Of a DNA stretch of 64,000 nucleotides, positions 28,747 through 37,209 are shown piece by piece (the stretch's first letter is position 1; each line of letters opens with the position of its first letter). The notes beneath the pieces were generated by a model, which had not been told where the DNA came from, made no database searches, and was given only the letters and a program-made list of their open reading frames with translations. The DNA is from Candidatus Ryanbacteria bacterium RIFCSPLOWO2_12_FULL_44_26 (lineage in GTDB: Bacteria > Patescibacteriota > Minisyncoccia > Ryanbacterales > HO2-45-13). The stretch lies in assembly GCA_001821765.1 (NCBI GenBank), contig MHOA01000002.1, positions 3,141 to 67,140 on the forward strand, written 5' to 3'. The position numbers and the translations under genes were made by a program.

Positions 28747-29985
28747 TTGCAACAAAAAACCTTCAAAAACGGACTGAAGGCAGTGTTAGTACCTTTTAAA
28801 AGTTCTGCGGCCGGCATTACATTTGGAGCTGACTGCCATATCGGGAAGGATTTCTTTAACACTATCCATGAAAGGCACATTCTCGAACATATCATGAGCC
28901 GCGCTACAAAGCGCCATCCAAGCTGGGAATCACTATGCCGGTATAGCGAAGGATTCTGTGAAGAATTCAATGCCGAAACAGACCGAAGCAGCATTATCTT
29001 TCACTGTAAGACGACAAAACAGCACTTGGCAAAAACAATAGGATTCATGTCGGAAATTGCCCTTTTGCCGCATATAACCGCTACTCATGTCAACTATGAA
29101 CGGAAACGCATAGCCGAAGAAGCGTGGGAGATCGATGTTGTTGAAAACGGACTTTTTGGACGCATGGACTGTTCCGTAGATAACGCGGCAATACACAACA
29201 TAAAAGACGCCGAACTTGCAAGAAAACTACGGGGGCTGCATCGCCGTCTGTTTACAGGACATCGCTCTGTCATTGCCATTGCTGGTGATTTTGACCAGAA
29301 AAAAGCAAATGAGGTTCTTGAGAAAAAGTTTCAATCACTAAAAACGGGAACAAAATCATACTGGGAGCCGTACGAATACACAGCGCTTCAGGGAAAGATG
29401 ATGTTGGATATCAAGAAAGAAGAAAAAATAGACCTCACGATCGCTTTCCCGACATTTGGGTTTACCGATCCTGACCGCTTCACCATGAGCGTTATTAGAA
29501 ATCATCTGGTATCCCGCTACAGTTCCCGCTTCGGAATCCGATTAGAGAGCGTCGGTGCGGGAAGTATCGGAGATACGCTGTGGTTTTGGAAAGATGCCGG
29601 TTACTTCGCTATGCACATTTCAATGTTGAGTGAGCATTTTTTCCGCATCCTTTCTGTAGTCTTTGAAGAAATAAACCTGCTGAAAGAAAAACTTATTGAA
29701 CCGGAGGACCTCGAACAGGCGGTAAACAACATTAACGTGCGCGGAAAAATACGATTCAGTGAGCCCCTTGAAACGAGTAAATTCTACGCCCGCCAAGTAA
29801 TCAATCACGGAAGAGCGGTTTCACTCAGAGCATATCAGCAGCAGATTCAGCAAGTTACGAGACCAGCGATCCGAAAAACTGCAAGAAACATTTTCGTGGA
29901 AAGCAGAATGGTGCTGCATGCCGACGGCCCGCTGCGCGGAGTGCGTAAGAACGACATAAGAAAGGCGCTATGGCCTGCTATCTAA
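28747..29985 (+). CDS. M16-family peptidase homolog (second copy, divergent)
   Basis: Begins QQKTFKNGLKAVLVP and carries ERHILEHIMSR (HxxEH). Start assigned to the TTG at 28747, 7 nt after AGGGAGGA. A TATAAT sits at 28690-28695. Confidence 0.65.
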   Translation: MQQKTFKNGLKAVLVPFKSSAAGITFGADCHIGKDFFNTIHERHILEHIMSRATKRHPSWESLCRYSEGFCEEFNAETDRSSIIFHCKTTKQHLAKTIGFMSEIALLPHITATHVNYERKRIAEEAWEIDVVENGLFGRMDCSVDNAAIHNIKDAELARKLRGLHRRLFTGHRSVIAIAGDFDQKKANEVLEKKFQSLKTGTKSYWEPYEYTALQGKMMLDIKKEEKIDLTIAFPTFGFTDPDRFTMSVIRNHLVSRYSSRFGIRLESVGAGSIGDTLWFWKDAGYFAMHISMLSEHFFRILSVVFEEINLLKEKLIEPEDLEQAVNNINVRGKIRFSEPLETSKFYARQVINHGRAVSLRAYQQQIQQVTRPAIRKTARNIFVESRMVLHADGPLRGVRKNDIRKALWPAI

Positions 29986-30117
29986 ACGGCCCGTCCATCG
30001 CATGAGCGGGTCGTTTTTATTCCATTGAAAACTGTCCGATATGTTCGGGTAAAAAACGCAAAGGAGACTCCTTGTATATATTATAAAAACTATTACCATG
30101 AAATAAGGAGGTGCACC

Positions 30118-30435
30118 TTGTCTATACGTAACGAAATACAAGACGCCCTTTTTATTATCGGGGAAATTAGGCGTAATGCGTTAAGCATCATTCGGCATCC
30201 TCCCACATTCGCCTCTTCGGATCTCTCGGAGTATAAGTACGGAGAGACAAACGAACAACTTTCCTGCTATAACGGAGAACGGTATTGCGCTCACTGCCAC
30301 CGCGATGTCAAAGTTCTTGCGATAAAGAATAACGACGGCTCCGGAAATTCGTTTCAGTGCAGAGAGTGTTTCAACCTTCTGCCGCCGTCGGGGGCAACGC
30401 GTGGAGGTATGCAGGAAAACCGAAAGCATGTTTAA
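30118..30435 (+). CDS. Small zinc-ribbon protein (CxxC-N20-CxxC), hypothetical
   Basis: A TTG start sits 5 nt after a perfect AAGGAGGTG SD; CAHCH…CRECF near the C-terminus; followed by terminator 30446-30488. Confidence 0.5.
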   Translation: MSIRNEIQDALFIIGEIRRNALSIIRHPPTFASSDLSEYKYGETNEQLSCYNGERYCAHCHRDVKVLAIKNNDGSGNSFQCRECFNLLPPSGATRGGMQENRKHV

Positions 30436-30445
30436 CGCCTACGAG

Positions 30446-30488
30446 AAGCCCCGCCTGACATTCCAAAAAGGCAGGGCTTCTTTATTGT
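30446..30488 (+). terminator. Rho-independent terminator
   Basis: gaagccccgcctgacattccaaaaaggcagggcttc then tttattgt. Confidence 0.5.
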
Positions 30489-30564
30489 AAAAAATCAAGA
30501 CGACCAGTAATAATAAGCGAGAATGAATGCCGACGGGTTTTGTTCTCTACATCAACCTTACAAT

Positions 30565-30939
30565 TCACTCTTTATTGTTTTTCCTCTCTCGAATAAAGGA
30601 AATAAAATAATCTTCCAGTATCTTTTCATCGTTGGGGCTTATCGTCCCTTGCAAATACCGTAACTCTAAGTCTAAAAGCTGTTTCTTTTCATCTTCAGGG
30701 ATGTCGCTCCTAGATGATACATGCTCAAAAAAACTCACGAGGTCCGGGTGGTCTTTGCTTAACCGAAGCATTTCTGATACGCCGAGCCGCTTTACATCCA
30801 AACGCCCGTCGGCATGACGTTCTCTTAGTTCTTGCTCGGCTAACTCAAATTCCTCACGCAACCTCTTTTCATGATCACCGCCTGTTTCCTCAAACGCTTC
30901 CCGGCTGCCGAAACCTCCTTCAACATTACTTATGGTCAT
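30565..30939 (-). CDS. Hypothetical acidic helical protein (124 aa)
   Basis: Clean ORF with a TATAAT 6 nt upstream of the ATG, so it may be leaderless. No family recognised. Confidence 0.45.
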   Translation of the reverse strand: MTISNVEGGFGSREAFEETGGDHEKRLREEFELAEQELRERHADGRLDVKRLGVSEMLRLSKDHPDLVSFFEHVSSRSDIPEDEKKQLLDLELRYLQGTISPNDEKILEDYFISFIRERKNNKE

Positions 30940-31062
30940 ATGCCCATTATACAGTGGCCCGGCATTCGTTAAAAATGCACACGAAACTTAAAAGCGAATT
31001 GAGCAAAAAGAGAAAGCCCGGAGAGTAAAACCTCTCCGGGCTCTTGTCCGATCTTAGTCGGA

Positions 31063-31347
31063 CTACGGGAGAACCGCCGGGTGCGGCGAATGTCCATTGC
31101 TCATCCAAAGAGGAGCAATGTGACGGATGGGAAGAGAAGAAGATTCGTATGCCTCTTTCCATTCGCCCACACACGGCACTTTTACTTCATGCCCTTGCCC
31201 GTCAACACCAATTACAATCCGGTAACAGCCAACATCGGCCGCCACCTCTGCAAAGGGGTAACGGGAAGGGATGTGACGCACCAAAAAGAAAAATAACAAG
31301 GTGGTAATCAGGATGCCGAAAAGCATCAATATCATACTATCTTTCAT
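31063..31347 (-). CDS. Small membrane-anchored hypothetical protein (94 aa)
   Basis: Strong SD GGAGGAG 7 nt upstream of the ATG at 31345-31347 (MKDSMILMLFGILITTLLFFFLV…). The longer 161-aa ORF in the track is an upstream extension. Confidence 0.5.
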   Translation of the reverse strand: MKDSMILMLFGILITTLLFFFLVRHIPSRYPFAEVAADVGCYRIVIGVDGQGHEVKVPCVGEWKEAYESSSLPIRHIAPLWMSNGHSPHPAVLP

Positions 31348-31511
31348 GAGACACTCCTCCAAATGAACATCTGTAAGAATAGTAACATATACAATTATAT
31401 ATGTCAATAGTTTGGGGCGGCTCGGCATTGCCGTAAAGCAGAAGGAATAAAAAACGCTTGCAACATTTATTGAAAGGGTTTTTCTCAAGATATTCCTACG
31501 GAAGTCTCTCG

Positions 31512-31540
31512 TTGACAACAATATCACAAACATATACACT
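31512..31540 (+). promoter_or_regulatory. Sigma70-like promoter upstream of infC
   Basis: TTGACA (31512-31517), 17-nt spacer, TACACT (31535-31540). Confidence 0.4.
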
Positions 31541-31593
31541 GTCTGCATTAATCAATATAAAACACAAAAACTTTAGCTATACAGCATCCTCGC

Positions 31594-32178
31594 ATTAACA
31601 ATCAGATACAAGCTCAGGAACTTCGGGTTATCACTGAAGAGGGAACAAATCTGGGGATTATAAAACTTGAAGAAGCCCTCAAACGCGCTCAAGCAAGCGG
31701 GCTGGATCTTATTGAAGTCGCCGCGAAAGCAAATCCTCCCGTCGCGCGTCTCATGGACTTCAGCAAATATAAATACCAGAAGGAAAAAGAAGAACGTGCC
31801 TCGCGGAAAAAGATCAAGGAGATAGGAATAAGGGGCATACGGGCACGCCTTACCATCTCGCAGCACGATATGGGGTTGAAAGCAAAAAAGGCGGAAGAAT
31901 TTTTGCAAAACGGCGACCGTGTCCGGTTTGAGCTCATTCTCAGAGGCCGCGAGAAGGGACTGAGAAAAGAATTTATCAACGAACGACTCCAGTTAATGCT
32001 CGCGGCCATCACCATACCATATGAAATTGCTGATGGCCCGAAGAGAGGACCGAGAGGATTGGTTGTAACTATATCACCACAACATCATGCCAAAAACAAA
32101 CAAGGCGGTGGCAAAACGAATCAAAGTGACACGGAGAGGGAAAATTCTAAAACGACCTCCTCGCCAAAACCACTTTAA
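31594..32178 (+). CDS. infC: Translation initiation factor IF-3, probable non-canonical AUU (or AUA) start
   Basis: In-frame translation upstream of the first ATG (31753) gives HPRINNQIQAQELRVITEEGTNLGIIKLEEALKRAQASGLDLIEVAAKANPPVARLMDFSKY, the conserved IF3 N-domain. The frame is closed by a TAA at 31558-31560, and no ATG/GTG/TTG lies between that stop and the conserved domain. Only ATA (31579), ATT (31594) or ATA (31606) can start it. Confidence 0.75.
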   Translation: MNNQIQAQELRVITEEGTNLGIIKLEEALKRAQASGLDLIEVAAKANPPVARLMDFSKYKYQKEKEERASRKKIKEIGIRGIRARLTISQHDMGLKAKKAEEFLQNGDRVRFELILRGREKGLRKEFINERLQLMLAAITIPYEIADGPKRGPRGLVVTISPQHHAKNKQGGGKTNQSDTERENSKTTSSPKPL

Positions 32179-32275
32179 CGCAAAAGAACGAGGAACGAAG
32201 CAACTCCAGAAAAAGGGTTGGGAAAGGTTTGATAATGGGGCAAAAGTCGTGCGGAAGTATATGCCCTACAATTAA
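32087..32275 (+). CDS. rpmI: Ribosomal protein L35
   Basis: MPKTNKAVAKRIKVTRRGKILKRPPRQNHFNAKE; overlaps the extended infC 3' end in another frame. Confidence 0.85.
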   Translation: MPKTNKAVAKRIKVTRRGKILKRPPRQNHFNAKERGTKQLQKKGWERFDNGAKVVRKYMPYN

Positions 32276-32406
32276 AGGGGTTTTTTGCGGTAAACGTACA
32301 TGTAACCAAGAACCATTTTCACAAGAATAAATATGATAACAAGTCAAATAATAATGAATAACAACAATATCCTTCTGCGCACGCTGGCAGATCAGCACAC
32401 TTTGGC

Positions 32407-32766
32407 ATGCCGCGAGTAAAACGAGGCACAACTTCATTAAAACGCCGACGAAATATCCTAAAACAAACGAAAGGATATCGTTGGGGTCGTAAATCAAAAG
32501 AGCGGGCAGCCCGTGAAGCTCTGCTGCACGCCTATACGCACTCTTTTCATGACAGGAGAAAAAAGAAAGGAGACTTTAGAAAACTTTGGAACATTAAAAT
32601 AAGCGCGGCAGCAAATGAGCGCAATATTTCCTACAGCCGCCTTATCAATCTTCTTAAAAAAACAAACATTCGGCTTAACCGCAAAATGCTTGCGGAGCTT
32701 GCTGAACATCATCCAAAAGCTTTTGATGCGGTTGTAAAAGAAACAACAAAAAAGCTCTCTTTATAA
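32407..32766 (+). CDS. rplT: Ribosomal protein L20
   Basis: MPRVKRGTTSLKRRRNILKQTKGYRWGRKS… is the canonical L20 N-terminus. Confidence 0.9.
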   Translation: MPRVKRGTTSLKRRRNILKQTKGYRWGRKSKERAAREALLHAYTHSFHDRRKKKGDFRKLWNIKISAAANERNISYSRLINLLKKTNIRLNRKMLAELAEHHPKAFDAVVKETTKKLSL

Positions 32767-32821
32767 GAGCTTTTTTGTTATGTGTTATTCTGCCCTATCT
32801 TTCAGAACGTTCTACTGCCAC

Positions 32822-33177
32822 AAAAAAACAGGGCTTTCTCTTGAAAGCCCTGTTAGAGCTATACCGTCTCCGCCGACGGTGTAGCTCTGTAAATTGACAC
32901 CTAGGAGGATCACTCCCCCTAGGTGCACTTCCGTGCCCAACGTATCCGCACCATAGGTACGGACTAACAACACCAGAAAGCCGGTACCCACCGTCGGGGT
33001 TAGGCACAGGAAGGTCCAACTCTGCTTTCAGGGTATGCGTCCCAAGGGATTTGTCAAGCGCAACTATACGCGAACGCTCACGTTTCCGATTCTTGACTCG
33101 CTTGGGTGTTTGGGCATCATCTCACTTACCAAAAGCGGTTGGCACACGCTTCCTCCAGACATTGCCAACCTACACCA
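32822..33177 (-). ncRNA. Unassigned structured RNA (~350 nt) with intrinsic terminator
   Basis: On the minus strand, ACAGGGCUUUCAAGAGAAAGCCCUGU is followed by UUUUUUU (32822-32853). The body has many stable local hairpins (CCUAGGGGG…CCUCCUAGG, AGAGCUA[CCGUC…GACGG]UAGCUCU, GGUGCGG…GCACC) and a possible end-closing helix UGGUGUAG/CUACACCG. An antisense 'ORF' in the track (32795-33019) covers the same ground. Confidence 0.35.
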
Positions 33178-33187
33178 AATCTACACA

Positions 33188-34912
33188 TCACTTCAGCGAT
33201 TTTAAAAAACTTCTTAGCGGCCTCGTATTTAAAACATCTTTCTTTTCCAAACCTCCCCGGCGCGCCTGACCGATCCCGTATTCTAAAAGTTGAAAATCTT
33301 TTTTTGAATGAGCATCGGTGCTGATAACAAATTTCGCGCCCATCTGTTTTGCTTTTCTGATATACTCGCCTTTTAAATCAAGCCGCATTGGATGGGCATT
33401 GATCTCAAGCGCTGTGCCCGTGCGGCGGGCGGCCTTGAAGATTTGTTCCATATCAAGTTCTACCGGTTCTCTTTTATTAATGAGACGCGCAGTTGGATGA
33501 AAGAGAATATCAACATGCGGATTTTCCATCGTTTTTATAACACGCTTCGTCTGATCTTTTCTAGATAATTGAAAATGCGAATGAATCCCCGCCCCGACAA
33601 CATCCAGTTTTTTAAGCACTGTATCTGCAATATCTAAAGACCCGTCTTTCATAATGTTTACTTCAGCGCCGCTAAGAATAGAGATGCCTCTTATTTTTTT
33701 ATTTACGCGCTTAATCTCCTTTATCTGTTTTAAAAGTCTTTTTTCATCAGATCCGCCGGTCATCGGAAGACCTTTTGTGTGATCAGTGATCGCAATATAT
33801 GCATGTCCCATCGCGCGGGCTTCCTTCGCCATTTCCTCAATGGTATCGGAGCCGTCCGTCCAAAACGTCTGCACCTGCAGGTCCCCCTTAAGGTCTCCGA
33901 TTGTAATAAGACGAGGGAGCTTTTTTCTTTTCGCAAGTTCAATCTCGCCAACATTCAGACGCATCTCGGGAGGAGGACACTGCATGCCAAGCGCTTTATA
34001 GATTTCCTCCTCCGTTTTACCGGCAATGCTCCTTTGACGCTTTCCCTTCCCTGTAAAGAGGCCGTACTCATTCAATTTATATCCTTTTTCAATAGCAATT
34101 TTTCTAAGCTTAATATTATGGCTCTTATTGCCCGTAAAATACTGAAGAGCCGCACCGAACGATTCACGGGGAACAATGCGCAAATCAACATCAATGCCGG
34201 GCCTGAACCGTACCATCGTTTTTGTGAGTCCTTTTGCATACACATGAGTTACTTCCGGCATGGAACTGAAAAAATCCATGACTTGTTTAGGAGCATTGGA
34301 AACAACAAGAATATCAATATCGCCTATCGTTTCCTCCCAACGCCTCATAGAACCGGCGGCTTCGGCAAGTAAGACTACGTCCATCTCCTGCAGTTTCCTT
34401 ACAATCGAGCGCGCAACGGGGAATGCCTCTCCTAAAGACATCCTCCCCCGGCTTTTTTTATAAAACGCGATGCCGTCAAGAATCTTTTTCTCCGACTTTA
34501 CGCCAAAGTGGGGAAGGGTTCGGATTTTACCCATTTGCGCTGCACGCTCAAGACTGTCAATATCCTTGATGTGGAGTTTATCGTACAGCATTTTCACCAT
34601 ATGAGGCCCCACCCCTTCAATAGAAGTAAGCGCTCGTAAATCCACCGGGAGTTTTTTCTTGAGTTTTTCATAGTCTCTCATATGGCCCGTTTTGATATAC
34701 TCCTCAATGCGTTCGGCAATTCCTCTTCCAACGCCCGCAATTTCTTCCAGCGCTTTTAAGCCGCCGGCTTTATAAAGATCGCTGATATCTTTGTCCAGCA
34801 TACTAATAGCCATTGCCGCTTTTTCGTACGCGCGTGGTTTAAAAGGAACGCGCTTCATCTCCAAAAGTTCAGAAAATTCTTTTAATATGTTTGCTATTTC
34901 CTGATTAAACAT
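33188..34912 (-). CDS. polX: Family X DNA polymerase with C-terminal PHP phosphoesterase domain (PolX)
   Basis: 574 aa; helix-hairpin-helix motifs (GVGRGIAERI, IEGVGPHMVKM), a nucleotidyltransferase core (GSMRRWEETIGDIDILV), and a PHP domain (HTKGLPMTGGSD…HSHF…STDAH). Confidence 0.85.
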   Translation of the reverse strand: MFNQEIANILKEFSELLEMKRVPFKPRAYEKAAMAISMLDKDISDLYKAGGLKALEEIAGVGRGIAERIEEYIKTGHMRDYEKLKKKLPVDLRALTSIEGVGPHMVKMLYDKLHIKDIDSLERAAQMGKIRTLPHFGVKSEKKILDGIAFYKKSRGRMSLGEAFPVARSIVRKLQEMDVVLLAEAAGSMRRWEETIGDIDILVVSNAPKQVMDFFSSMPEVTHVYAKGLTKTMVRFRPGIDVDLRIVPRESFGAALQYFTGNKSHNIKLRKIAIEKGYKLNEYGLFTGKGKRQRSIAGKTEEEIYKALGMQCPPPEMRLNVGEIELAKRKKLPRLITIGDLKGDLQVQTFWTDGSDTIEEMAKEARAMGHAYIAITDHTKGLPMTGGSDEKRLLKQIKEIKRVNKKIRGISILSGAEVNIMKDGSLDIADTVLKKLDVVGAGIHSHFQLSRKDQTKRVIKTMENPHVDILFHPTARLINKREPVELDMEQIFKAARRTGTALEINAHPMRLDLKGEYIRKAKQMGAKFVISTDAHSKKDFQLLEYGIGQARRGGLEKKDVLNTRPLRSFLKSLK

Positions 34913-35057
34913 ATAAAAATGCGCTTATGCGCTAATCCGTCTTTCATGTAATCCCCAACAATCGCGAATACGTTTTTCACTAATCAACTGTTCGCTCTGC
35001 CGCTCATATTCTCTTATACAATTTCGCGATGATTCGGGTTTTGGGCTTGAAAAAAGA

Positions 35058-35385
35058 TTGATAACCTAACCAATCCTTTTATTATATCACCAACCACTTT
35101 CCTCTCTTTTATTTTTAAATATCATGGCTTTTGCCGCAGTTATCCACAGCAGCGCCTTGAGAACTATTTTATGAGTACCGGAAAAATGATATTCTTATAT
35201 CAGAACATAGATCTGAAAAGTGTTGATAGCGCGCGGAGGTAATAATGGTCCGTACTAAAAAGACACGATACGTCATGTATCACTAAACCCTCCCACACGC
35301 CATCAACACTTCTCATACCGAACCCTTACAACTGCAAACCCAAGAAGGAGCCTCCGTGTGTTACATGGGGGCTTTCGTTTTTTAT
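35058..35385 (+). ncRNA. Candidate small RNA locus: sigma70-like promoter and intrinsic terminator with no ORF over 25 aa
   Basis: TTGATA (35058-35063), 17-nt spacer, ATTATA (35081-35086); then a terminator gagcctccgtgtgttacatgggggcttt + cgtttttt at 35347-35385. The longest ORFs between them are 16, 23 and 13 codons. Confidence 0.25.
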
Positions 35386-35430
35386 GCAATGCTTAAAAAA
35401 GGACGGCACTTGCTTTTTAGCAACCTTTCT

Positions 35431-36066
35431 TTAGAAAAGGTTTGTTTGACGTGTCGGTTGCGTTTGTTCTAAAGCAGCAGTGCTTTCAACTGCTGTCGGC
35501 TTCACTTTTCCATGAACAATATCCGGCAATTGCTTAAAACTTTCCTTAAACAGATTCATAACCCCCGTTCCCCGAAGCGCCGCTGCAGGATGGAACATAG
35601 GCACAATCATCCTTCCTCCGACATCAAACACCCGGCCCTGGTCTCTCGTTATTTTTGCCTGTGGCAGAAAATAATTCATGGCAAACCTTCCAAGCGTGAC
35701 AATAACCTTGGGGTTTATGATTTCTATCTGACGTTTTACATACGGCTTATATGCTTCAATCTCCTCCGGCAGCGGATCGCGATTATCGGGAGGTCTGCGT
35801 TTTAGGATGTTTGTTATGTACACATCCTCCCGTTTCCACCCTAAAGCCAGAATTTGCTCGGTTAAAAGCTGTCCGCCTCTTCCCACAAAAGGACGTTTTA
35901 AACGATCTTCGTGAAAGCCGGGGGCTTCCCCGATAAACATCAAAGCAGCATTAGGATTTCCCTCGCCGAAAACCACGTTCGCCTCCCTTAAAGGAAGAGC
36001 AGTGTTCTCAACCATTTCCCGCTCCAGCCCCGAAAGCAACTCTTTTTTACGACCGGCATCATTCAT
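35431..36066 (-). CDS. Uracil-DNA glycosylase, family 4
   Basis: FIGEAPGFHEDRLKRPFVGRGGQLL carries the family-4 GEAPG motif; HPAAALR near the C-terminus. Confidence 0.85.
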   Translation of the reverse strand: MNDAGRKKELLSGLEREMVENTALPLREANVVFGEGNPNAALMFIGEAPGFHEDRLKRPFVGRGGQLLTEQILALGWKREDVYITNILKRRPPDNRDPLPEEIEAYKPYVKRQIEIINPKVIVTLGRFAMNYFLPQAKITRDQGRVFDVGGRMIVPMFHPAAALRGTGVMNLFKESFKQLPDIVHGKVKPTAVESTAALEQTQPTRQTNLF

Positions 36067-36081
36067 GTTTCATCTTTAAAC

Positions 36082-37209
36082 TTAAAGGGCAGTAAAAATC
36101 TGCCAAACAATACCCAAGGCGAAAAGCGCCATCACAACTTGCGGAACAACTGTTCCAATGGGAATAAAGCCTTTCGGGTGTTTGTAATATTTTCGGATGT
36201 GGCGCGCTAAAGCCAATATCAAAATGCCGTTTATACCAATCATCACACCCCCAACAAGTCCGATCACGCGAATCAGGTTGCTTGCGCCAATGATAAAAAG
36301 CAAAAGCGGAACGATAAAAATCAAAAGCCATGATCGCGCTTTCCCGAATTTATAATCAATGGACAACGCATTTCTCAAATCCAAACCGAGCGCAAGATAC
36401 GACGTAAACACAGCAAGCAGCCCTATCAGGGCGCCAAGAAAAACAATGTTGCCGCCAAGAAAAGGTTTAAGCCCCGTAATCGCGTCGCTTGTTGTAGCGC
36501 CGCCGGAAACTCCCACAACAGCAAACATAAAAACAGCGTACACAACTGCCGGGATGATTGCTCCAAGAAAGACAATCTTTTCAAAAAGCCGTCCCTCTCT
36601 TTTTTTAAGCATTTCTGCAATTTCCGGTATTGCTGCCGCGCCGCTAAATGAAAAAAGAAACACTCCGTACGGCAAAAACCATTGAGCGCTGTTAATAAGC
36701 GGGACATCAGAGAAATCAATATGCGGCAGTGCAACCAAACCCAACAGGAAAACAAAAAGCAACAGAGGAATCGTGAGAATGAAGTTTATAAAGCCAACGC
36801 GCTCCAAGTCAAAAAGCAAGAAAAACGGCGCTGCAACAAAAAATAGAAGCGAGTTTATGGCAGCAGATCCAAAACCCATAAGTTGCTGGAGAAAAATACC
36901 CATCAGAAGGCCGTAAGCAAGCAAGGTGCCAAAAAACCCAAATACCATAGAAAAAGTGGCAAGTCCTCCCGCATAAGCTCCAAGACAAAGCCGCGCATAT
37001 CCGGGAAGTCTATGACGCTCCTTTATCACATAAACTACTTCGCCGTAGAGCGTATGCAGCACTGCGACAACAGAAACGCCAAGGAGAAGGTATATACTCC
37101 CCAACAAAAGCCCAGCGCGGCTGACCACATAAGGAATAGCAAACATTCCTGCTCCAACGATCATTCCCACGAGGAGCCCTAAGCTGTCAATGGCCCGGCC
37201 ATTAATCAT
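36082..37209 (-). CDS. Amino acid permease (HAAAP/Trp-Tyr permease-like)
   Basis: 375 aa with about 11 TM helices; N-terminal VGMIVGAGMFAIPYV resembles the aromatic amino acid permease signature. Confidence 0.5.
   Translation of the reverse strand: MINGRAIDSLGLLVGMIVGAGMFAIPYVVSRAGLLLGSIYLLLGVSVVAVLHTLYGEVVYVIKERHRLPGYARLCLGAYAGGLATFSMVFGFFGTLLAYGLLMGIFLQQLMGFGSAAINSLLFFVAAPFFLLFDLERVGFINFILTIPLLLFVFLLGLVALPHIDFSDVPLINSAQWFLPYGVFLFSFSGAAAIPEIAEMLKKREGRLFEKIVFLGAIIPAVVYAVFMFAVVGVSGGATTSDAITGLKPFLGGNIVFLGALIGLLAVFTSYLALGLDLRNALSIDYKFGKARSWLLIFIVPLLLFIIGASNLIRVIGLVGGVMIGINGILILALARHIRKYYKHPKGFIPIGTVVPQVVMALFALGIVWQIFTAL

Noticed and set aside
32795-33019. 74-aa minus-strand ORF (MDLPVPNPDGGYRLSGVVSPYLWCGYVGH…)
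   Set aside because: It lies entirely within the structured, terminator-ended RNA region and has no SD. Its apparent coding potential comes from GC-rich helical sequence. Treated as part of the ncRNA candidate instead.
32822-33300. Possibility that the structured RNA is RNase P RNA
   Set aside because: The universally conserved P4 strands (GGAAAGUCCGGGCUCC and ACAGAANCCGGCUUA) are not present. Fitting P1–P3 would need about 100 nt of overlap with the polX coding region. Left as an unassigned ncRNA.
33779-34372. 197-aa + strand ORF inside polX
   Set aside because: It is antisense to conserved PolX/PHP-domain sequence.
35026-35045. 14-nt exact repeat atgattcgggtttt shared between 35030-35043 and 61790-61803
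   Set aside because: A single 14-mer coincidence is expected by chance several times in a 64 kb × 64 kb self-comparison, and no extended similarity surrounds it.
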